Under the pieces are notes generated by a model. The model had not been told where the DNA came from. It searched no databases and worked only from the letters and a program-made list of their open reading frames with translations. From Candidatus Woykebacteria bacterium (GTDB lineage: Bacteria; Patescibacteriota; Microgenomatia; Woykebacterales; RBG-16-39-9b), in NCBI GenBank assembly GCA_040876265.1, contig JBBDPN010000002.1:236330-300329 (forward strand): a stretch of DNA of 64,000 nucleotides. The letters run 5' to 3'. A program made the translations under genes and the position numbers. Numbering within the stretch: the stretch's first letter is position 1; every line of letters starts with the position of its first letter. This document shows, piece after piece, positions 47,445 through 56,380 of the stretch.

Positions 47445-48935
47445 ATGGATCCAATAATCATTGCCGCAGGCTCCTTGGTAGCAGGAGTCGTCCTTGCTAT
47501 CGCCTATCAGAACTATCTTAAAAAGAAACTTCCAGACGAAAAAAGCACACAGAGGCCCGAAAAAGACCTCGATACCCGTTCAAAGGAATTAATCCTAGAG
47601 GCCCGGGATGAGGCATTCAAGATAAAAAAAGAAGCCGAAGATGAGGCTAGGAAAATTCGCTCAGAAAGCCTTGCCCTTGAAGCAAAACTTGCAGCAGGAG
47701 AAGAATCTTTTGCAAAAACCTTGTCCGAAGTTGAAAAGAAAGAAGCTTTATTAACCGAAAAAGAACAAGAAGTAGAAAAAACCCGCAGCGAGCTCGTAAC
47801 AAAATTGGAAAAAACAGCCGGTGTTACTAGAGAAGAAGCGAAAAAATTAATTATTGAGGCAACCGAGAAAAACCTCAGCGAAGAAATTTCCAAACGGATA
47901 CGAGAAGCAGAAGAGAAAATAAAAAGGGAAGCTGACGAAACAGCGAGAGAAATTTTGGTTGACGCTATGAGCCACGCAGCCACCGATTATGTCGCCGAGT
48001 ACACCACTACTAACATCAAACTCCCTGATGAGGATATGAAGGGCCGTATTATTGGTAAGGAAGGACGAAACATAAAAGCCCTCGAAGCGGCTACCGGGGT
48101 TGATATTGATTTGGACGAACCAGGGATCATAAGGCTGTCGTCGTTTGATGGGGAGAGGAGAGAAGTCGCAAAAGTTTCCCTCGAAAGGTTGATGGCAGAT
48201 GGGAGGATCCAGCCAACCAGAATCGAGGAAATTGTTGTTCGCGTGCAAAAAGATTTTGAAAAAATTCGTCGTGAAGAGGGTGAGAAACTAGCTCGAGAGG
48301 TTGGTGTCCACAATCTACCGCTCGAAATAATTGATGCTTTAGGAAGATTCAAATGGAGATTTTCCTACGGCCAAAATCTTTGGCTCCATACTTTGGAAGA
48401 AACAAAAATCGGTATGGCGATTGCTCGTGAAATTGGTGCCGATCTAAGCATAGTTCGTTTAGGCTGTCTCTTTCACGATATCGGAAAGATTTTTACCCCA
48501 GAGCAAGAAGGTACTCACGTGCAGGTTGGAGCAGATTTCTTGAAGAAATTTAATTTTGACCCCAAGGTACTTGCAGCCGTTGAAGAACACCACGAAGACA
48601 AACCTTTCTCAACGATAGAATCTGTAATTGTTTGGATAGCGGATGCGATTTCTGGAAGTCGTCCAGGTGCCCGCCACGAATCTGTAGAAGATTATGTAAA
48701 AAGACTCAAAGACATAGAGAACATAGCCACATCCTTTCAGGGTGTAGAGAAATCCTTTGCCATATCGGCGGGTCGCGAGGTTAGAGTAATCGTGATACCC
48801 GAGCAGATAGACGATGCTGGTGCCACTAAATTAGCCCACGATGTAGCCGGAAAAATTGAAAAAAGTGTTACTTATCCAGGGCAAGTGAAGGTAACGGTGT
48901 TGAGGGAAACTAGGGCAGAAGCGATAGCGAAATGA
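47445..48935 (+). CDS. rny: Ribonuclease Y
   Basis: N-terminal TM, coiled coil, KH (GRIIGKEGRNIKALE), HD domain (LFHDIGK). Confidence 0.93.
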   Translation: MDPIIIAAGSLVAGVVLAIAYQNYLKKKLPDEKSTQRPEKDLDTRSKELILEARDEAFKIKKEAEDEARKIRSESLALEAKLAAGEESFAKTLSEVEKKEALLTEKEQEVEKTRSELVTKLEKTAGVTREEAKKLIIEATEKNLSEEISKRIREAEEKIKREADETAREILVDAMSHAATDYVAEYTTTNIKLPDEDMKGRIIGKEGRNIKALEAATGVDIDLDEPGIIRLSSFDGERREVAKVSLERLMADGRIQPTRIEEIVVRVQKDFEKIRREEGEKLAREVGVHNLPLEIIDALGRFKWRFSYGQNLWLHTLEETKIGMAIAREIGADLSIVRLGCLFHDIGKIFTPEQEGTHVQVGADFLKKFNFDPKVLAAVEEHHEDKPFSTIESVIVWIADAISGSRPGARHESVEDYVKRLKDIENIATSFQGVEKSFAISAGREVRVIVIPEQIDDAGATKLAHDVAGKIEKSVTYPGQVKVTVLRETRAEAIAK

Positions 48936-48968
48936 TGAAAATTCTTAGTTCGTAGAACGCAGAATTTT

Positions 48969-49757
48969 ATGAAAATTCTATTTATCGGGGACATTGTCGC
49001 AAAGCCTGGAAGAGCGGCAGTAAAAGAAGTTCTTCCAGATTTAATAAGAAAAGAAAAGATAGATTTGGTTGTGGCCAATATTGAAAATTTAGCTCACGGG
49101 AAAGGAGCCACTGCTAGCAAAGTGGAAGAAATTCGCAGCGCCGGGGTGGATATAATGACTAGCGGTAACCATATTTGGTTTAGAGAGCAATTCTCAGATG
49201 TTTTGAACAATGACCCGACAGTCATCAGACCAGCCAACTATCCGGCTGATGCACCGGGTTTCGGCTTCACCTACGCCAAAGTTGGTCGGGAAAAGGTTTT
49301 AATAATAAACTTAATAGGTAGGCAATGGATCGATGAGCCTGTCGATGAGCCTTACCGGACAATCGATGTATTGCTACTTGATCAAATCGAAAAAGAAAAA
49401 CCTAAGGCAATTTTGGTTGATTACCATGCCGAAGCCACCAGCGAGAAGGCAGCGATGGCTTGGTTTCTGGATGGCAGAGTTACGGCTGTAGTAGGTACTC
49501 ATACCCATGTTCCGACTGCAGATCCGCGGATTTTACCAAAAGGAACGGCTTTTGTAACTGATATCGGAATGAGCGGCGCCGCTCATTCTGTGCTTGGGGT
49601 CGAACCTGATATTATAATAAAAAAACAAAAAGACCCAGCTCCAATAAAGTTCGAATGGGTGGAAAGCGGCCCGAAGCTATTTCATAGTGTTTTAATAGAA
49701 ACCAAAAGAGGTGGTTTGGCAAAATCGATTGAGAGGAGAGATAAAGAGCTCGCTTGA
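48969..49757 (+). CDS. ymdB: YmdB-family metallophosphoesterase (2',3'-cyclic-nucleotide phosphodiesterase)
   Basis: MKILFIGDIVAKPGR, GNH, GTHTHV. Conserved rny-ymdB linkage. Confidence 0.82.
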   Translation: MKILFIGDIVAKPGRAAVKEVLPDLIRKEKIDLVVANIENLAHGKGATASKVEEIRSAGVDIMTSGNHIWFREQFSDVLNNDPTVIRPANYPADAPGFGFTYAKVGREKVLIINLIGRQWIDEPVDEPYRTIDVLLLDQIEKEKPKAILVDYHAEATSEKAAMAWFLDGRVTAVVGTHTHVPTADPRILPKGTAFVTDIGMSGAAHSVLGVEPDIIIKKQKDPAPIKFEWVESGPKLFHSVLIETKRGGLAKSIERRDKELA

Positions 49758-49813
49758 TTGTTTGATTTTCTTGATATTTGTGTAAAATTAGTTAAGAAAA
49801 GGAGGTGAAAAAT

Positions 49814-50089
49814 ATGCTTAAAGCGGACATAATTGAGAAAGTAGCTAAGGATGCTCACCTCACTAAAAAAGCCGCAAAGGAAGCAGTAGATGCGACTTTT
49901 GATAACATTACTGGGGCACTAAAAAAGGGCGACAAGGTAGTTGTTTCCGGGTTTGGAACGTTCATCGTGCGGGGAAGAAAGGCAAGACCAGGCAGAAATC
50001 CAAAGACAGGTCAAACTATTCAATTGCCTTCTATGAACACCGTTGGCTTCATTGGGTCAAAAGGTGTGAAAAAATCTTTGCGTAAATAA
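49814..50089 (+). CDS. hup: DNA-binding protein HU
   Basis: FGTF....R.AR.GRNPKTG beta-arm. SD GAAAAGGAGGTG upstream. Confidence 0.88.
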   Translation: MLKADIIEKVAKDAHLTKKAAKEAVDATFDNITGALKKGDKVVVSGFGTFIVRGRKARPGRNPKTGQTIQLPSMNTVGFIGSKGVKKSLRK

Positions 50090-50179
50090 TCTAAGATTTG
50101 AAATTAAATTTTAACCATACTATCATCCCTGGTCACCAACAAAACAAAGTAGATTCAAAGAGACCCTACGAGCGAGTGC

Positions 50180-50944
50180 TCAATTCAAAACTGGTTTAAT
50201 ACCCAATTCCCTCAAGTAATCACAGTGGCTGCATTTTTCCCCAAGATCGCATAGAAAAAGACTTTTGTCCGAAGTTTTTGGAATATCTTTCACAACGTCG
50301 ATGATTAATTTTTTCGTTTCTTCCCGTTGTTTGTCAGTTGGGTTTTTAGTCGACCAGTTACCGCTTTCCAAGTGCAAGTAGGACAGTTTTGAAACATTTT
50401 TTTTCAACCAACTTCTGACCAGCAAGTCATAAATTGGCAATTGGTAAGGATCATCTCGATCCTCCCGGCCGGTTTTGTAGTCGATAATATGTAAGTCACC
50501 GTCTGGTTCCAAGTCCACGCGATCAATTTTACCGCCAAGCATTATCCCATCCGTGAGAGGTATGTACTTTGTTCTTGTTGGTGAAAGTTTATACGGAACA
50601 ACCTTCACATCTTCCCTTTTGTAAAAATTCTCAAGCATTTGCACCGCTCTTTGTTTATACCCAAGCTCCTCTTCACTGTCTTTAAAACCGCCTTCTTGGT
50701 TTTTGACCGATTGCCAATGAAGTTCGAATTGGTCGAATAATCTTTCCTCGGTACGTATCTGAGGAACCAAACTAAAAAAAGAATTTAAAGTATCGTGGAC
50801 AGCCTCACCGAGGGAATAATAAGCTCTGGGAGGTTCCTTGTACCTGGTTGGTTCGTTGATATAATAGTGCCAAAATTTTCTTGGACACTCCAGCCAAATT
50901 TTTAATTTATTTGGTGAGATAAAGTAAATATTGTTTTCTCCCAC
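50180..50944 (-). CDS. PD-(D/E)xK nuclease, Cas4-like (second copy) with 1+3 Cys Fe-S signature
   Basis: N-terminal CPRKFW, GKIDRVDLEPDGDLHIIDYKTG (motifs II/III), QLPIYDLL, C-terminal CDLGEKCSHC. GTG start. Confidence 0.75.
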   Translation of the reverse strand: MGENNIYFISPNKLKIWLECPRKFWHYYINEPTRYKEPPRAYYSLGEAVHDTLNSFFSLVPQIRTEERLFDQFELHWQSVKNQEGGFKDSEEELGYKQRAVQMLENFYKREDVKVVPYKLSPTRTKYIPLTDGIMLGGKIDRVDLEPDGDLHIIDYKTGREDRDDPYQLPIYDLLVRSWLKKNVSKLSYLHLESGNWSTKNPTDKQREETKKLIIDVVKDIPKTSDKSLFLCDLGEKCSHCDYLRELGIKPVLN

Positions 50945-51002
50945 CCGACGAGTATATCATTATTGAGTTTCAAATGAGAGATCTCTTTGTTATACTGTCT
51001 TT

Positions 51003-52301
51003 GTGAAAAAACCTGCCGTTCCTTTGAATAAAGCCGAGGGCGAACTAATAGCTAAAGCAGAAGAGGTCCTTCGCGGTAATTTAAAAACCGGCTTTTCCAA
51101 ATGGGCAAATACAAACTACAAATATATTTGCCCCGCCAGTGGTCATTACAGACACCAATGGTTTTGGGACAGTTGTTTTAACGCCATAGTTTTGTCACAT
51201 TTGAATATAGATTTAGCCAAAAACGAAATTCGATCCCTACTTAAAGTACAACGGGAAAACGGTTTTATCCCGCACATAATTTATTGGGATCAGCACAATC
51301 ACAATAATTTGTTAACTAGTCTTGGAGCCAGACTCGAGTCCAAATTTTCCGCTTCTCCGACAACATCGGAGCTTATCCAACCACCACTAATTGCCCAAGC
51401 GGTAGAAGCAATTTACAAAAAGGAGAAAGACGTAAAGTTTTTGCAAGAAGTGGTTCCAAAGCTAAAGGCTTACTATCTGTGGCTTTCAAAGTACCGGGAT
51501 CCAGACCGTGATGGGTTGATTTCAATTATCGCGCCTTACGAATCTGGGTTAGACCAATCGCCGGCGTATGATACAGTTTTTGGGACTGCAAACCGATCGA
51601 GCTTGATCTCCGCTTTAGTTGGAAGAAGCGTGACGTTGCGGAATTTACTAAGAAATTATAATACAAAAAAAATCTTCGAGGACGGATATTTTAATGTTGA
51701 GGATGTTTTGGTCAATAGCATTTATATAAAAAATCTTCAAGTTCTTTCAGATCTTTTACACGAAATTGACAATGAAGAGGCTGCCAGACATTTTCATCAC
51801 AAAGCGTTAAAGGGTAAAGAGACTTTGATAGAGCACTGCTACGATAAGGAAGATAGCTTCTTTTATGATATGGCTGGCCAAAGTGAAAAAAAGATCAAGG
51901 CGAAAACGATAAAGGGACTCCTTCCTCTTATTCTAGATCTACCAAAGACTGTTGTTGGAAATATAGTCAAAAATCACGTTCTAAATAATAAAGAATTTAG
52001 CCTTCCGTATCCTATACCCACAGTTGCCGCCAGTGAAGCAAGTTTTGCTCCTGCTGCCAAAAGATTTTTTGGTGAGCCGCTACTCTGGCGGGGCCCAACC
52101 TGGATAAATACCAATTGGTACATTGTAAGTGGCCTGCGCAAACATGGATACAAAAAGGAAGCAGAGCAAATTGTTGAAAAAAGTGTAGAACTAGTGCAAA
52201 AAAGCGGGTTCCGCGAATTTTTTAATCCCTTTTCCGGTGAAGGCTATGGAGCCCACGACTTCTCTTGGTCTACCCTCGTTGTCGACATGCTCCTTTCTTA
52301 A
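51003..52301 (+). CDS. (alpha/alpha)6-barrel glycoside hydrolase (GH63 / glycogen-debranching GDE_C-like)
   Basis: HQWFWDSCF and downstream acidic catalytic-region patterns are typical of the GH63/GDE C-terminal barrel. Exact specificity is unknown. Confidence 0.55.
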   Translation: MKKPAVPLNKAEGELIAKAEEVLRGNLKTGFSKWANTNYKYICPASGHYRHQWFWDSCFNAIVLSHLNIDLAKNEIRSLLKVQRENGFIPHIIYWDQHNHNNLLTSLGARLESKFSASPTTSELIQPPLIAQAVEAIYKKEKDVKFLQEVVPKLKAYYLWLSKYRDPDRDGLISIIAPYESGLDQSPAYDTVFGTANRSSLISALVGRSVTLRNLLRNYNTKKIFEDGYFNVEDVLVNSIYIKNLQVLSDLLHEIDNEEAARHFHHKALKGKETLIEHCYDKEDSFFYDMAGQSEKKIKAKTIKGLLPLILDLPKTVVGNIVKNHVLNNKEFSLPYPIPTVAASEASFAPAAKRFFGEPLLWRGPTWINTNWYIVSGLRKHGYKKEAEQIVEKSVELVQKSGFREFFNPFSGEGYGAHDFSWSTLVVDMLLS

Positions 52302-52371
52302 TCCTACCAATTGAAAAATTCAACCTATTTAGGTATAATTCAGCTACAATTTCATAGGAAAGGTAGGATAA

Positions 52372-52698
52372 ATGATTATGCCTGACCCTAACTCGAGCCA
52401 AGATCAGGACTCGGACGTTCTGGAGAGGATTCTCAGACGTGTCCCAGAACTAGCCGGTGTCCTTGATTCTGGCCAATCCGGAGTTCAGACCGAGATCGTC
52501 ATCGATCAACTCCTGATCAGAGGATTCGGTCTTTTCGATCCGGTCGAGCGCGAGGTCCTGATCCTCTCGTACGGTCTGAGCGACGGTCAGTTCCGCGGCG
52601 ATGAGGAGGTTGCCAAGGAGATGGGCCTACCAGTCAAAACGGTAACCCAGCTCCTGAGTTCGGCGTACGAACGGGTCGACCAGGTCGTAGCTGCCTAG
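52372..52698 (+). CDS. Sigma-70 region-4-like HTH protein (stand-alone) in GC-rich patch
   Basis: REVLILSYGLSDGQFRGDEEVAKEMGLPVKTVTQLLSSAYERV resembles sigma70_r4/ECF region 4. GC about 57%. Confidence 0.5.
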   Translation: MIMPDPNSSQDQDSDVLERILRRVPELAGVLDSGQSGVQTEIVIDQLLIRGFGLFDPVEREVLILSYGLSDGQFRGDEEVAKEMGLPVKTVTQLLSSAYERVDQVVAA

Positions 52699-52781
52699 CC
52701 AGGACAGACCCGACCACCCACGGAGCAGGTTCGCATATCCATGCGGCCTGCTCCTCCCATTTCTATGTTAAACTTTGCCTT

Positions 52782-53711
52782 GTGAAAAAATTACTGGTAG
52801 TTGTTGGGCCAACCGGCACAGGGAAGACAGATCTTGCTTTGGAACTCGCCAAAAAATTCGACGCCGAGATTATTTCGGCGGATAGCCGGCAGATCTATAT
52901 TGGAATGGACATTGGGACAGGAAAAATACCTCAAAGCCGAAAGTATAAAAAAGAGAAAGGGGAATGGATTATCGACGGAGTTCCGATCCACCTCTACGAC
53001 GTAATAGCACCAGACAAAACATTTTCGGTAGTGGCGTATCAACAACTTGCTTACGAAGTTATAAATGAAGTACATAAAAGAAACAGACTTCCGATTTTGG
53101 TTGGTGGCACTGGACTTTATGTTCGAGCCGTGGTGGAAGGATTAAAAATCCCTAAAGTAGCACCAAACCAAAATATTCGCCGCCATTTAGAAGCCCAACC
53201 GCTAAAAACCTTGGTAAATGAATTGGAGAAAGTTGACCCTTCTTCTGCGCAAAGGGTTGACAGGAGTAATCCAAGGAGAATTATAAGAGCTTTGGAAATT
53301 TTCTATGAGACAGGGCTGCCAGCGTCTGAATTAAAGGACAAGTTTAAAATTAATTTTGATACTTTAACAATTGGTTTGACTAGCGATAGAGAGTATCTTT
53401 ATGGGAGAGTTGATAAAAGAATAAACGGTTGGGTAAGTTCAGGTTGGGTAGATGAGGTTAAAGGGCTCTTGGATAAAGATTATCAAGACGCGCCGTCTTT
53501 AACTAGCCTGGGTTACCGACAGCTCGCAATGTATCTAAAGAACCAGATTACTTTGGCAGAGGCGAAAAAAAGAATAAAATTCGAGCACCACAGATATATT
53601 CGAAGCCAACTTACCTGGTTTCGGAAGGATAAAAATATTTTTTGGTTTGATATAAAAACACCAAAGTTTAGAGGGAGGGTTGCTCATACTGTAGGTGAGT
53701 GGATTAGGTAA
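52782..53711 (+). CDS. miaA: tRNA dimethylallyltransferase
   Basis: P-loop VVGPTGTGKT. IPP transferase fold. GTG start. Confidence 0.92.
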   Translation: MKKLLVVVGPTGTGKTDLALELAKKFDAEIISADSRQIYIGMDIGTGKIPQSRKYKKEKGEWIIDGVPIHLYDVIAPDKTFSVVAYQQLAYEVINEVHKRNRLPILVGGTGLYVRAVVEGLKIPKVAPNQNIRRHLEAQPLKTLVNELEKVDPSSAQRVDRSNPRRIIRALEIFYETGLPASELKDKFKINFDTLTIGLTSDREYLYGRVDKRINGWVSSGWVDEVKGLLDKDYQDAPSLTSLGYRQLAMYLKNQITLAEAKKRIKFEHHRYIRSQLTWFRKDKNIFWFDIKTPKFRGRVAHTVGEWIR

Positions 53712-53758
53712 TTTGCGCAAGGTGATCACCATCTGCTAGAATTTTAATCAAAGGATCT

Positions 53759-54778
53759 TTGCTGGTGAAAAACACAACCACGATCGAAATTTCTCTTAAA
53801 TCCGTACTTCTTATTATCCTAACCCTTCTGCTGTTATTGATAGCTTGGAAAATCCGCGGAGTGTTAATCGGCCTCTTTATAGCCTTCATACTAATGAGTG
53901 GCTTTGCACCTTTGGTCGATTGGCTGACACGAAAAGGTGTAAATAAAACTTTATCGGTGATTATTACCTATTTTTTGGCGATCAGCTCCTTTGCTACTCT
54001 ACTTTTCCTAGTTATACCACCTTTGGTGAGAGAAATCCAAGAATTGATAAATAATCTTCCGCTTTATATTAATTGGTTCTCAAGTACATTTGGTTACTCA
54101 CCAACCCTACCGGCTTTTTCCAATGATAATATTACTTCAATTTTCACCTCCAGATTGGAGTCAGCTTTATCTAGTTTATTAAAGGTAGCCCTGAACGCCT
54201 TTGGAGTATTTGTTACCTTTATCACCGTTGCAGTATTTTCCTTCTACCTTTTACTGGAAAGAGAAAAAATAAAAAGAAATATACACATAGTTTTCCCCAA
54301 TCTACCAAAAGAGAGAGTAAACTCGCTGGCTAACAAAATTGAGATAAAACTGGGAGCCTGGGTAAGAGGAGAGTTGATGTTGATGCTAATTATTGGGGTG
54401 GCAACTTATATCGGGCTGTCGTTGCTTAGGGTAGAATTTGCACTACCACTCGCAATTATCGCTGGCCTCCTGGAAATTGTGCCAATTGTTGGGCCAACCG
54501 TCTCGGCTATCCCGGCTGCTTTGGTTGCTTTTGTCCAGAGCCCGGTCTTAGCCGTCGGGGTAATCGCGCTTTACATACTCATCCAGCAGTTGGAAAATAA
54601 CATTATTGTTCCAAAGCTTATGGAGAAAGCGGTAGGCCTTTCTCCTATTGTTATAATCTTTGCTCTTCTCGTTGGAGGGGCCCTCTTTGGGATAATCGGG
54701 GCTTTGGTGGCAGTACCTGCAGCGGCGATCTTACACGTAATATTCGAAGATTTTTACGAAACCTCAAAAGAAACCTAA
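53759..54778 (+). CDS. AI-2E family transporter (PerM/YhhT, UPF0118)
   Basis: 8 TM and the conserved C-terminal region ELVPIVGP...VALP. TTG start. Confidence 0.8.
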   Translation: MLVKNTTTIEISLKSVLLIILTLLLLLIAWKIRGVLIGLFIAFILMSGFAPLVDWLTRKGVNKTLSVIITYFLAISSFATLLFLVIPPLVREIQELINNLPLYINWFSSTFGYSPTLPAFSNDNITSIFTSRLESALSSLLKVALNAFGVFVTFITVAVFSFYLLLEREKIKRNIHIVFPNLPKERVNSLANKIEIKLGAWVRGELMLMLIIGVATYIGLSLLRVEFALPLAIIAGLLEIVPIVGPTVSAIPAALVAFVQSPVLAVGVIALYILIQQLENNIIVPKLMEKAVGLSPIVIIFALLVGGALFGIIGALVAVPAAAILHVIFEDFYETSKET

Positions 54779-55741
54779 ACCTGCGGTTTCTAAGTTCGTA
54801 AACCAAATCAGCAGTAGAATATAGGATGTTATTAACAAAGCTCCAATAATTCTTGGCGAGACCCTATCTAGTATAACTGCCAAGCTGATTAGGGACAAAA
54901 CAGCTAACCCACCAATTGTTAGATAGAGAGCAGGCATATCGATAGAAGCAGCGTTGAACACGCTACCAAGACCCAGTGCAAACGTAAGGTCTAGGACACT
55001 AGCTCCAAATAAGTTGCCAGCCGATAAACCAATCCGACCTTTAAGTACTGAATTTACCGTGGTGATGGCTTCCGGTAGAGAGGTTCCAAAAGCGATGAGA
55101 ACAAAACCGATTATTATCTGGGGTACGCCAAGAATCTCGGCAAAGGTTACGGCTGAACCCACTAAAAAATGAGCCCCTAAGACCAAAAGTAGACTGCCAG
55201 CTACCAAATAAACAATTTGTAGAGAACTACTACCGTCAGAGAAAAGATCACGAACGCCTTCCAATCTGTGTTCAAGACGCTCTATTATACTTTCTTCCTG
55301 CCCACCCATTATTGATTGAACAACTAGATAAATTAACCCAAGTATTATTAAGACAACGCTGAAAATTGGTTGAATGCTACCATCTAAGAAAAATACAAAA
55401 ACCAAAATAAGTGTGATGATAAAGTACTGGATTGTCCGCGAGTAGTAAGGTCTATTTAAAAAAGGTTTTGAAAATAGGAGTAGGATTCCAAAAATTAAAC
55501 CAATGTTGGCAATTGGAGAACCAAAGACTGTACCTAGTCCAAGCTCCGGCGATCCTTCTGCTCCGGAAACCGCGGCGATGGTGATTTCAGGCAAAGTAGT
55601 CGCAAGGCTCACGACTGTGGCCCCAATTATTACTCTTGGTATAGAGAGCCGGTTTGCAATATGAGTAGCCGCATTACCAAGCCAGTCAGCTCCGAAAATT
55701 ACCGCAGCTATAGAGACGAGAAAAACTATTGTTTCAGGCAT
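54764..55741 (-). CDS. CaCA-family Na+/Ca2+ exchanger-like membrane protein (YrbG-like)
   Basis: Two alpha-repeats with GSS/TTLPE motifs (TTLPEITIAAVSGAEGSPELGLG, TSLPEAITTV...GNLFG). Start at MPETIVF (ATG complement at 55739-55741). The ORF-track extension to 56047 is spurious because it overlaps rnpB. Confidence 0.82.
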   Translation of the reverse strand: MPETIVFLVSIAAVIFGADWLGNAATHIANRLSIPRVIIGATVVSLATTLPEITIAAVSGAEGSPELGLGTVFGSPIANIGLIFGILLLFSKPFLNRPYYSRTIQYFIITLILVFVFFLDGSIQPIFSVVLIILGLIYLVVQSIMGGQEESIIERLEHRLEGVRDLFSDGSSSLQIVYLVAGSLLLVLGAHFLVGSAVTFAEILGVPQIIIGFVLIAFGTSLPEAITTVNSVLKGRIGLSAGNLFGASVLDLTFALGLGSVFNAASIDMPALYLTIGGLAVLSLISLAVILDRVSPRIIGALLITSYILLLIWFTNLETAGLGFF

Positions 55742-55769
55742 TAATTTAAGTATAGCAAATTCTCTAAGG

Positions 55770-55798
55770 TTGAAATTTATAAGAAATTTTGTTAAAAT
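55770..55798 (+). promoter_or_regulatory. Candidate promoter (TTGAAA-17 nt-TAAAAT) for rnpB, divergent from the CaCA gene
   Basis: TTGAAA at 55770-55775 and TAAAAT at 55793-55798. Predicted transcription start is about 7 nt downstream, coinciding with the 5' strand of RNase P helix P1. Confidence 0.45.
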
Positions 55799-55804
55799 AC
55801 ACCT

Positions 55805-56262
55805 GCTCAAGGGTAGCCGGACGATCGCCCTTCGGAAGGCTTTGCCTTCCTCAGGATAAACCCCCGTCAGGACTAGATTAAAGGGCTTGTCCCGAGTGGG
55901 GTGGGGCCGAACGAGGGGAGGAAAGTCCAGGCAGCAGATTAGCAGGGGACGGATCGTAAGGTCCGACCGGTAACGGCTGGTGCCCCCACTTTTTTGAACC
56001 GAGAAAAAGCGGGGGACGGGTTCTGAATTGACAGAGCTCGAGAGCAACAGAGACGTAGCTTCGATTCTCGGTAATTAGAATCGGAGGTGAAACGGGCAAT
56101 CCCACTCGCTGCAATCGCCGAATGTCCTTTTGAAGAGCTAATCACAGGGACGAAGACGCGAGCAGTCGCCTCAATAGGGCGACAGGTAGTTACGATACAC
56201 GTGACACCTAGACAGATGATCGTCTAAAAACAGAACCTGGCTTATGAGCTACCTTTGAGCCT
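55805..56262 (+). ncRNA. rnpB: RNase P RNA (bacterial type A-like)
   Basis: GAGGAAAGTCCAGGC (P4 5' strand) at about 55917. GGTAACGGCTGG, GGAGGTGAAACGGG, AACAGAACCTGGCTTATG (P4 3' strand). P1 CTCAAGGGTAGC (55806-55817) pairs with GCTACCTTTGAG (56248-56259). Ends are approximate, within a few nt. Confidence 0.82.
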
Positions 56263-56269
56263 CAAAGAA

Positions 56270-56339
56270 CCCCGCTTTAATGCCAACTTTTAGTTGGCGT
56301 TTAACGTCGACAGAGTCGACCTTTAAGCGGGGTTTTTTG
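56270..56339 (+). terminator. Compound terminator: long stem CCCCGCTTTAA/TTTAAGCGGGG enclosing two inner hairpins, then a T7 run
   Basis: Inner hairpins are GCCAACT-TTTA-GTTGGC and GTCGAC-AGA-GTCGAC. GGGG is followed by TTTTTTG, directly after the rnpB 3' end. Confidence 0.55.
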
Positions 56340-56380
56340 TTTGACTTGACAGCAAATCCCTTGACACTTACAATTACCGC

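Noticed and set aside
55742-56047. N-terminal 102 aa of the 427 aa minus-strand ORF 54764..56047
   Set aside because: Translates to low-complexity R/P/S-rich sequence and lies antisense across rnpB and its promoter. The CaCA homology begins at MPETIVF (start 55741).
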